Of a DNA stretch of 24,618 nucleotides, positions 7,130-15,400 are shown one piece after another. The stretch's first letter is position 1. Every line of letters starts with the position of its first letter. Origin of the DNA: a virus (Duplodnaviria > Caudoviricetes); IMG/VR virus record IMGVR_UViG_3300020203_000096, positions 1-24,618 of that record; one strand, given 5' to 3'. The notes beneath the pieces are model-generated. The model was not told the DNA's origin. It was given only the letters and a program-made list of their open reading frames with translations, and made no database searches. Both the position numbers and the translations under genes were made by a program.

Positions 7130-7813
7130 ATGTCGAAAGCGAAAATTGTCGAGGCCCTTGCCGGAATGGATGCCTTGGACGACGATCAGTGGACCCAGAA
7201 TGGTGATCCGCTGGTCGACTACCTCAAGGAGAAGACTGGTATCGAAGTCCTGAGTCGTCAGGAAATCTTCGAGGCCGATCCTTCTTTCAACCGCAAGAAA
7301 CTCATGGAGGGTGGAAATGCCGAAAAAGCCGATGACGAAAAAGAAACCGATCAAAAAGTGAACGACGAGATCGATCTCGACATTGACACCTCGTCGGCCG
7401 GGACCCTTGCTGATTTCGACGAACCGCTTCCTGAGAAGGAGTTCGCGATGTTCCTTCGTGGTGTGCCCAAGGAAGACCTCGAGGAGATCGAATCACTGAT
7501 TATACAGCAGCAGACCGAAGTCACTCGCAACGTCGAACATCTGAGCGATCTTCGTAATCGGCTCAAGATGTCGCTGATGTTCGTTCAGTCACGAATCAAG
7601 ACCGAATTGCCGATGCAAACCAACGCCGAGGCGATACGTTCATACATCGATTCGCAGAACGAACAACGGGCTGAACGTTCGGCGAAACAGAAGGCTGTGA
7701 TGTCTCAGTTTGGTTCGTTGAAAGACATCAACCCTCGCTCTCAGCTGGATCAGGCTATGGTGCGGAAAACGAAACGCGGCGGCAAGCGTCCCGCTCGTGC
7801 TTTGTTGAAGTGA
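7130..7813 (+). CDS. Hypothetical head-region protein (227 aa)
   Basis: RBS TAAGGAG. Small N-terminal helical domain (EALAGMD..DDDQWTQNGDP), acidic linker, coiled coil and a very basic C-terminus (RKTKRGGKRPAR). Confidence 0.75.
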   Translation: MSKAKIVEALAGMDALDDDQWTQNGDPLVDYLKEKTGIEVLSRQEIFEADPSFNRKKLMEGGNAEKADDEKETDQKVNDEIDLDIDTSSAGTLADFDEPLPEKEFAMFLRGVPKEDLEEIESLIIQQQTEVTRNVEHLSDLRNRLKMSLMFVQSRIKTELPMQTNAEAIRSYIDSQNEQRAERSAKQKAVMSQFGSLKDINPRSQLDQAMVRKTKRGGKRPARALLK

Positions 7814-7820
7814 GGCTGTG

Positions 7821-7943
7821 ATGGCCTCACCTCCGAAACCAAGATTCGCTAGCCTGAAGAATTCGCCGCCCAAGGTGAAAGCGAAACTTCAAGCTTCGCT
7901 TTTCATCGCGAGGGAAAATCGCAAGAAGAAGCTGGGGCCGTAG
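7821..7943 (+). CDS. Small basic protein (40 aa), below the ORF-track cutoff
   Basis: MASPPKPRFASLKNSPPKVKAKLQASLFIARENRKKKLGP. GAGG at 7812-7815. Fills the gap between the flanking genes almost exactly. Confidence 0.65.
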   Translation: MASPPKPRFASLKNSPPKVKAKLQASLFIARENRKKKLGP

Positions 7944-7946
7944 AAA

Positions 7947-8843
7947 ATGACGCTCATCGTAGAAACGGGTATCGGCGTCTACGGGGCGAACGGCTACGTT
8001 CCGGTTTCTTTTGTGACCAACTACCTCACTTTGCGAAATCGTGTTACAGAGAACCTGTGGTCAACTTCTACTGTCTCAGTTCAGGAAGCTGCAATCATCG
8101 CAGCAACAGATTATCTGGAGAAGAGGTTCAGTCATAAGTTCAAAGGTCTCCCTCTGTCCTCTTTCTCGGCCACCTTTGCAGAGGGTTCTGTTTCCTTCGT
8201 TGGGCTCCCTGCCAACAATGACACTCTCACTTTGGGCGACATGATCTACACGTTTGTGACTTCTCTCTCTGGAGCACCGAACGAAGTTCTCATTGGTTTG
8301 ACGATAACCTTGACTGCGAGCAACTTCGCCGATGCCGTGATGGCTTTGCCAGCGGCGGCGGGTGTTACCTATGGCACGGCAACGGTAGCAAGCCGCCACA
8401 GCACGGCCACAGCGGCGGCGGGCGTGGTGGCACTGGTAGCACTGGCCCCCGGCGCAAGCGGTGCCTATACGGTGCTCTCCGAGGCCGCTCCGAACATCAC
8501 AATTTCGCCTTTTATTGGAGGTCTTGATGGTGGGATTCAGCCATTGTCTTGGCCTAGACAATACGTCTACGATGATCGTGGAAATACCATCGCTGGAATT
8601 CCTGAGAGAATCAAGCAAGCGACTTCTGAGTATGCCGTTCGTGTCTTGAACGGCGTCTTGCTCAGAGATCCTACTTCTGATGATTTTGGTGGACCTGTGA
8701 CTTCTCGTCGTGAGAAGGTTGGTCCTATTGAAGAAGAATATCAGTATGCCTCGAATATGACAATCTCGAGGTTTCCTGCTGCTGATCGTCTTCTATATCC
8801 CTTCTTGGTGAATGGTGGAAGAGGAGGAGTCATTCGTGACTGA
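7947..8843 (+). CDS. Head-tail adaptor (DnaT-like phage family) with an internal inserted domain
   Basis: LIVETG.G...AN.Y, AAII.ATDYLE..F..KFKG, QPLSWPR, IPERIKQAT.EYA and REKVGPIEEEY motifs. About 125 extra aa lie between FKG and QPLSWPR. Confidence 0.8.
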   Translation: MTLIVETGIGVYGANGYVPVSFVTNYLTLRNRVTENLWSTSTVSVQEAAIIAATDYLEKRFSHKFKGLPLSSFSATFAEGSVSFVGLPANNDTLTLGDMIYTFVTSLSGAPNEVLIGLTITLTASNFADAVMALPAAAGVTYGTATVASRHSTATAAAGVVALVALAPGASGAYTVLSEAAPNITISPFIGGLDGGIQPLSWPRQYVYDDRGNTIAGIPERIKQATSEYAVRVLNGVLLRDPTSDDFGGPVTSRREKVGPIEEEYQYASNMTISRFPAADRLLYPFLVNGGRGGVIRD

Positions 8844-9237
8844 TTTCTACAATGGACTTGCAGCGACTGCCATTCGGATGATTAACAAAAGAGGAAGATC
8901 GATCAGATTGATTCGCTTTGATGAGACAGCTGCAAACGCCGCTCGTCCTTGGAGAGGCCCGCCGAGCAGTCCCACTGAACCTGGATCTAATGTCTTTGGA
9001 GTCTTTGTCCCACCGATTTCCGTTCGCCAATTTGGTTTGAGCGCTCTCGGTCTTGGCACAGAGATGGAATCAATGATCGCCGTAAGCGAACAGATCATAA
9101 TCGTTTCTGCTGGAGAAATCGATCTTCGACAGTTCTCAGAAGTTTTGGATCAATCAGAAAGATGGGGAATCTTCGCCTCTCAAATTCTCAAGCCCGGGAG
9201 CACGACTCTACTCGGATTTCTTGGAGTCCGTAGATGA
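8836..9237 (+). CDS. Head closure / head-tail joining protein
   Basis: GTG 8836 follows GGAGGAG (8823-8829). FY.GLAATAIRMI.KRGRSI start and LKPG.T.LL...VRR end. Follows the adaptor. Confidence 0.7.
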   Translation: MTDFYNGLAATAIRMINKRGRSIRLIRFDETAANAARPWRGPPSSPTEPGSNVFGVFVPPISVRQFGLSALGLGTEMESMIAVSEQIIIVSAGEIDLRQFSEVLDQSERWGIFASQILKPGSTTLLGFLGVRR

Positions 9238-9653
9238 GCGTCACATTCTCAGATGCTGTCGATCAGATCATGGACCTTTTCAAGGCCGCGTGGGATACGA
9301 CCGGCTTTCCAACCTACTACGAAGATGTTCGTCAACAACGGGACTCTAGCGAGAATCCGTGGTCGACAACTACGCTCCGTCATGCTTCGGGGCAGCAGAC
9401 GACCCTCGGAACGGCGACTGGAACAAGCCGTTTTGCAAGAGAGGGATTGCTCGTTGTTCAGATATTTACCCCGGCAGGAAAAGGCTTGCAAGAAGCCTAT
9501 AATTTGGCTAAGGTTGTGGTCGACGCCTACGAGGGTTCTACAACTCCAGGGGGAGTGTGGTTCAGGAACGTGAGGTTGAATGAAGTCGGTCGGGATGGCA
9601 GGTTCTTTCAAATGAATGTCCTTGTTGAATTCCTATACGATGAACTCAAATGA
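9234..9653 (+). CDS. Tail terminator protein
   Basis: 139 aa. R.G..VVQIFTPAGKG, GVWFRNVR.NEVG and FQMNV.VEF.YD motifs. Immediately before the tube gene. Confidence 0.78.
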   Translation: MSVTFSDAVDQIMDLFKAAWDTTGFPTYYEDVRQQRDSSENPWSTTTLRHASGQQTTLGTATGTSRFAREGLLVVQIFTPAGKGLQEAYNLAKVVVDAYEGSTTPGGVWFRNVRLNEVGRDGRFFQMNVLVEFLYDELK

Positions 9654-9666
9654 TGGAGAGCCTTAA

Positions 9667-11202
9667 ATGGTGCAAGTCGCAAAGATTGACTCCAACTCCA
9701 CGGGCCTTGCTTACGCCGAGGAATCAGCCCTCGCAACGTTGAGCGTGCCTGTTTGGATTGCTCTGGAGCCGAATGGTTATGGTGATTTCGGCAGCGAAAT
9801 CACAAACGTCTCCCCGACGCCAATCACGAACACTCGTTCGCGCAAGAAAGGTGTGACAACCGATCTGGACGCGACGGCGCAGTTCAATCACAACCTTTCC
9901 CTCTGGAACCTGGAGGATATCCTTCAGGGGTTCATGTTCGCCAGTTGGGAACGCAAAGGTCGCGAAGTCGTCACGGCTGTTGACATTGATGGGGCGAACC
10001 CTGACGAGTATGAAGTCGCCAGCACGACAGGCTTCGTGGTCGGCAGCCTCATTCGTGGATTTAAGTTCACCAACGCCGCGAACAACGCTCTCAATGTCGT
10101 GACAGTGGTCACTTCATCGACTGCGGTCGAGGTTGCGACTGGCCTTCTCGTCGCGGAAGCTGCTCCTCCGGCCGGTGCCTATATTCAGGTCGTCGGCTCT
10201 CAAGGTGCCGCTGGTGACATCGATGTGGATGCGGCAGGCGATCTCGTCGCGCTGACCTCGACATCTTTGGACTTCACCACTCTTGGTCTGGTTGCTGGTC
10301 AGTGGATTTTCGTTGGTGGAGATGCGGTTGGCAATCGCTTCACGACGGCTGCGAACAATGGGTTCAAACGTGTTCGCACTATCGCAGCAACTCGCCTGAC
10401 GCTGGACAAATCCACTCTGGCGATGGTCACCGAAGCTTCTACTACGGAGACTATCCAGATCTTCTACGGCGATGTCCTTCGCAACCGTGTCGGTTCCAAT
10501 ATCGTTCGTCGCACCTATCACCTGGAACGTCTGCTCGGCGCTCCCGATGACGCGGCACTCAGCAGCATTCAGACGCAGATCATCAAAGGTTCAGTCGGCA
10601 ACGAATTCACCTTGAATGTCCCGACTGCGAATCTCGTGAACGTCGATCTCGGCTTCGTCGGCACTGATGAAGAACTCCGCGACTCGACTGCTGGCCCCCT
10701 CCAGTCGTCTGTCACGACGCCGATGCTGACTGACGTGTTCAACACCTCGTCGGATTTCAGTCGCATCAAGATCGCTCTGGTTTCCGGTATCAACGAGGCA
10801 CCGGCTTCTCTCGCTGCTTTCATCACTGAAGCGACGATCAATATCAACAACAACGTTTCGCCCAACAAGGCGGTCGGGACGCTCGGGGCTTTCGATCTTA
10901 CGGCTGGTATCTTCCAGGTCGGCGGATCGATAACGGCCTACTTCAACAATGTGAGCGCCATATCTTCTGTCCGCAACAACTCGGACATTACAGTGGATAT
11001 GGCGATGGTGAAAGACAACGGCGGGATCGTCATTGATATCCCGCTCATCTCCTTGGGCGACGGACGTTTGAACGTTTCGCCCAATGAGGCGATCAAAATC
11101 CCGCTCAACATGGAGGCAGCGGATGCGAGTGCAATCTTCAGTGGATACACTCACACCCTGATGTGGACTTGGTTTGGCTATCTGCCGGATGCCGCCGAGT
11201 AA
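9667..11202 (+). CDS. Major tail tube protein
   Basis: 511 aa, RBS GGAGAG. KIDSNSTGLAYAEE, W.ALEPN.YGDFG, RSRKKGVTTDLDA, ININNNVSPNKAVG and VGGSITAYF motifs. Precedes the chaperones and tape measure. Confidence 0.88.
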   Translation: MVQVAKIDSNSTGLAYAEESALATLSVPVWIALEPNGYGDFGSEITNVSPTPITNTRSRKKGVTTDLDATAQFNHNLSLWNLEDILQGFMFASWERKGREVVTAVDIDGANPDEYEVASTTGFVVGSLIRGFKFTNAANNALNVVTVVTSSTAVEVATGLLVAEAAPPAGAYIQVVGSQGAAGDIDVDAAGDLVALTSTSLDFTTLGLVAGQWIFVGGDAVGNRFTTAANNGFKRVRTIAATRLTLDKSTLAMVTEASTTETIQIFYGDVLRNRVGSNIVRRTYHLERLLGAPDDAALSSIQTQIIKGSVGNEFTLNVPTANLVNVDLGFVGTDEELRDSTAGPLQSSVTTPMLTDVFNTSSDFSRIKIALVSGINEAPASLAAFITEATININNNVSPNKAVGTLGAFDLTAGIFQVGGSITAYFNNVSAISSVRNNSDITVDMAMVKDNGGIVIDIPLISLGDGRLNVSPNEAIKIPLNMEAADASAIFSGYTHTLMWTWFGYLPDAAE

Positions 11203-11224
11203 TAGACAACAAAGGAGTGACCAT

Positions 11225-11677
11225 ATGTCGATGTATTCACAATTCGAAACCGACCCTCACCTGGAGAAAACTGGTGTCTGGGTCGATTACGGTGATTTCC
11301 GTGTTCTCCTTGGTCGTGCAGGTGGCGCGAACAAGAAATATATGAAATATGCCGAGCAGAAGTCGAAGCCGTTCCGTCGGGCGATCCAAGCCGGTGTGAT
11401 GCCTGAGGAGCGTTCGAAAGAATTGCTGTTCGACATCTATGCCAACGCTGTGATCCTCGACTGGAACGTCTCTGACGGTGTCAACGAAGTCACTGGCGAA
11501 ACGATCTGGAAGCGCGGCATCCACATGCCAACTGGAGAGACCGGCGACTTCTCCTACGACAACCTGATGATGACGTTCCGTCGTCTTCCGGACATTTTCT
11601 TCATGCTTCAGAAAGAAGCCGAACAGATCTCGATCTTCCGGAAGGAAGAGTTGGAGGAGGAAGCAAAAAACTCGTAG
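11225..11677 (+). CDS. Tail assembly chaperone (lambda gpG analogue)
   Basis: AAAGGAG at 11211-11217 supports ATG 11225. FETD..LE..GVWVDYG and RAGGANKKY motifs. Ends ...EAKNS with a slippery heptamer. Confidence 0.85.
   Translation: MSMYSQFETDPHLEKTGVWVDYGDFRVLLGRAGGANKKYMKYAEQKSKPFRRAIQAGVMPEERSKELLFDIYANAVILDWNVSDGVNEVTGETIWKRGIHMPTGETGDFSYDNLMMTFRRLPDIFFMLQKEAEQISIFRKEELEEEAKNS
11665..11671 (+). other. -1 programmed ribosomal frameshift site A AAA AAC
   Basis: X XXY YYZ heptamer in the correct phase (GCA AAA AAC TCG TAG). The -1 frame is open through to 12003. Confidence 0.85.
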
Positions 11678-12003
11678 AGGTCTTGATTCATGCTCTGAAG
11701 AGAGGGAGCATCGAAATCAAGATCATGGCAGAAGCACTAAGGGAAGATCGAGAAATCCCTGACGAAATAGCTTTCGCCCCAGAGATAGGATCAGGTCTTG
11801 AACTCTACTATTATGGGTTCATGGACATTTCAAGCAGTCGACAGATCGGCATGGGACTCGGTCCTATTCCCTGGAAGATTGTTCATGATTACTGTGTTGC
11901 CCTAGAACTGGACGAGGATCAAACAGAGGCGATGCACTATCACATAGCGGAGATGGATGGAGCCTTCATGGAGCACAATCGGTCAAAGAGTAAAGGCAAG
12001 TAG
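11665..12003 (+). CDS. Frameshift extension of the tail assembly chaperone (gpGT analogue)
   Basis: -1 frame reads KKLVEVLIHALKRG...F.D.SSSRQIGMGLGPIPW...IAEMD. The TTG at 11683 lacks a well-spaced RBS. Confidence 0.8.
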   Translation, partial: KKLVEVLIHALKRGSIEIKIMAEALREDREIPDEIAFAPEIGSGLELYYYGFMDISSSRQIGMGLGPIPWKIVHDYCVALELDEDQTEAMHYHIAEMDGAFMEHNRSKSKGK

Positions 12004-12468
12004 ATGGCTACTCTTCTCCAGTTTTCAAGAAACATGCGGGTGCGCGGAAGCAAAATCGAGAACAGTTCTATTGGTCTCGTAAAGCGGATTGCCAAGCGTG
12101 CTCTCATTGGGCTGGTCGAAGGGACACCTGTTGACAAAGGCGTTGCTCGCTCCAACTGGAGAGTTTCTATCTATAATCCGACTCGTGCAGTGATTCCAGC
12201 ATATCTCCCTGGCAAGAATCTCGGCCGGGGAGAGCGTTCCAACGCGAGGGCTGCGATTGCCGCTGGCATTGCACAAATCAACCTGTTGAGAGTCGGGGCT
12301 GCTTTCGGCACAGGACAGGCTGGTCGTGCCCTTTTCATAACTAACGCCATTCCGTATCTTGGTAGATTGCGGACTGGATCTTCTACTCAACAACCGAAAG
12401 ATTGGGTTTCTATTGCTTTGATTGAAGCAAGATCAGAGATCAGTTCTGTTCGCCTCTTGGAGCGGTAA
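12004..12468 (+). CDS. Neck / tail completion protein (HK97 gp10-like)
   Basis: TPVDKGVARSNW, FITN..PY..RL..GSS.QQP motifs. Basic, 154 aa. Confidence 0.8.
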   Translation: MATLLQFSRNMRVRGSKIENSSIGLVKRIAKRALIGLVEGTPVDKGVARSNWRVSIYNPTRAVIPAYLPGKNLGRGERSNARAAIAAGIAQINLLRVGAAFGTGQAGRALFITNAIPYLGRLRTGSSTQQPKDWVSIALIEARSEISSVRLLER

Positions 12469-12471
12469 AGA

Positions 12472-15400
12472 GTGACAACTGAAATCATCAATATCGTAAT
12501 TCGTTCTGTCGGCGCTCGCGTCGTCAAGAGGGAATTAGAAAGTATTGGTGAGAGTGCCACTGGAGCCGCAAGAGGAGTGACCGGACTTCAGACTGCGATC
12601 GTTACTGTCGGTCTTGCTGCTGTAGTCGCTGTCACTGGTCTTGTCCGTATGCTGGACACTCTTACAGGTTTTGAGAACAGGCTTCGTCTTGTGACTTCGA
12701 CCAGTCGTGAATTCAACGATGTCCAAGCTGAGTTGTTTGCTATCTCTGCAAGAACCAGAAGTGACTTCGAAACTACAGCACAAATCTACACAAGAACTGC
12801 TTTGTCAGTTCGTGAACTTGGTATCAGTCAACGACAGACTTTGGCGTTCACAGAGTCTCTGAACCAAGCTGTTGTTCTTTCAGGAGCAAGTGCCAGAGAA
12901 GCAAACGCTGCTTTGATACAGCTTTCTCAAGGTATTGCATCCGATCGTCTCGGTGGAGACGAACTTCGTTCTGTTCTGGAACAACTTCCGTTTGTTGCAG
13001 ATATCATCGCAAAAGAACTTGGACTAACTCGTGGTAAATTGAGAGAACTTGGTCGAACGGGAGCCATCACTGGTAAGACCATTCTTGATGCTTTCAGGAA
13101 CGCTCGAAGAGAAATCAACGATAAATTCCTTGAGACTATTCCCACGATCAGTCAAGCGTTCAACGTTCTTCGGACGAACCTTCTGGAAGTTCTGGATGCT
13201 CTCGACGACACGACCGGTGCCAGTGGCGCTGTCGCTAATGCGATTATTGGGATAGCGAATTCTTTGCAGATCGCTCTTCCTGTTCTCGCAGCGTTCGGCA
13301 TAAGTCTCGCTGTTCGTTTTGCGTCGAGGTATATTGCAGGGATAACCGCTGCGATTGCCTCCGAAATTCGTTTCCAGATGGCTGTCCAGTCTGGCAGCGT
13401 GATTCTTAGGAATAGTGCAAGAGAAGAACAACTGAGATCGGCGGCTTTGTTGGCCTCTGCTACTGCTCAGAATACTTCGTCGGTTGCAAAGGTTCGTGAC
13501 ATACAGTTGACGGTTGCGGGTCTTCAATCAAATCTTGAGACTATCAAACTACAGAGGGCACAAGCTGCAAACTACGTTCAACTCCAGCAAGGTATCGCGC
13601 TCGCTACCGGCAGAACATCAGGATTGATCGCTGCAAGAATATCACTGAACAATTCGTCGAGAGCACTTATCGTCACTGAGAGAGCTCTTCGTGCTGTGAC
13701 TGGTGAACTGACAGCGGCACAACTTCTTCTCACGGGAAGCACGAGTGCTCTGTCTGCTGCCCAAGCGAGAGCGGCTGCTGCTACAGCGTTGACCGCGACT
13801 TTCGGCGCAACTCTTATCCGACTGATCCCAGGACTCGGTCTCGTGGTGACTGCTTTCACTCGTCTCATCACTCTCTTGGGCGGTCCTCTCAGTGCAGCTT
13901 TCATCGCGTTGTTCGTGATCTTCGCTCTGTATAAGTCGCAGAGCAAGATCATTGAAGAAGCGAACAGAGCCGTTGAGGATACTGTTTTCAGTCTAAAGTC
14001 AGCTTATGAAGAAGTTGGTGGTGTTCTAGAAGATGTCACGGAAGATCTTCTCGGGTTTACTGAGATCGAACTTCTTACTCAAATCACTGAGCAGGCAGAT
14101 CTTGCAGCAAAATCTATGCGAAGCCTCGACAAGGACATATTCGCTGTTTCTTTACTTCTCAAAAAGGAAATAGGAGAGAGTCCTATAACTGCTTTCCTTG
14201 ACGAAGCCTCAGTAAAGCTTAAAGATGGAACCTTAAATCTCGAAGAATTCAGAGATGGACTTTCCGATATCTCGGTCGGAATTGACCCAAGCGCACTAAC
14301 TGCTTTCCTTGACGAAGCCTCAGTAAAGCTTAAAGATGGAACCTTAAATCTCGAAGAATTCAGAGATGGACTTTCCGATATCTCGGTCGGAATTGACCCA
14401 AGAGCACTAACTGCTTTCCTTGACGAAGTCTTTGAAAATCTTAAAGATGGAACCTTAAATCTCGAAGAATTCAGAGATGGACTTTCCGATATCTCGGTCG
14501 GAAATGACCCAGGCGCACTTTCGCTGATAACTAACTTGATAAAGTTATCAAGAGATACTGGATCGACTGTAGAGTCTTTGAATCGTCTTCAAGACGTATT
14601 GACAGTTATCACTGGAACAGAGGCAGAAGCGTCTGCCGCTCTCGAACGTCTCGGTATCTCCGCTGGTGGAGCAGGCGATGCAATCGCTGTTGCTGTTAAA
14701 GACATAGATACATTCGAAGACGCTCTTACAGCGATAAGCAACTTCATTCCAGAATTTGAAAGAGCGGCTAAGGTTCAAGAAGATATCGCAAAAGTGACCG
14801 CCATCTACAAAGCTGGTCTTGCAATCTTGAACACCCAATTGACAGAAGGCAAGATATCACAAGTTACTTTCTCAGATGCCACGCAAACTCTCGGTCAGCG
14901 ATTGATAGCTGCAATAGCTGTGATCGATGGAACGACTGAGGCTATTGAGAAAGCCACTACTGCTTACGATTCTTATATCAACAGATCGGACCTCGACGCT
15001 GGTCTCAGTCGTCGTCAGGAATCCCTTCGCCGTGAAGAAGAAGCTCTTGCTGATGTGACTGCCGAGTTGACCAAGAATAACGCGACAGTCGATCTGTTCA
15101 CAGGGACTTCAAATGTTTACGTTGAAAGGCTGAAAGAAATCAACGATCAATTCGATCGTCTTGCAAATGAAAATCGTTTCTCGCAAACCAGTGCAGAAGT
15201 TGAAGCTACCGTCAAGGTGATGACGGATGCCTTCGCACGTCTCGGTGAGAATTTTGACAGTTTGAACGAACAGACCACTGGTCTTTCTATCTCCGATGTA
15301 TCTGCCTTGCTTGATGTTCAACTGCTTAACACCGAACAGAGGACTCAATCTCTTACAGAAATGTTGTCCGGACTTGCTGATGGTCTCCAGGAAACTGGCT

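Noticed and set aside
5559-7354. Long minus-strand ORFs 5559..6386 and 6476..7354 (similarly 3320..4021, 10591..11154, 23449..24084)
   Set aside because: Antisense shadows of codon-biased + strand genes with no independent motifs.
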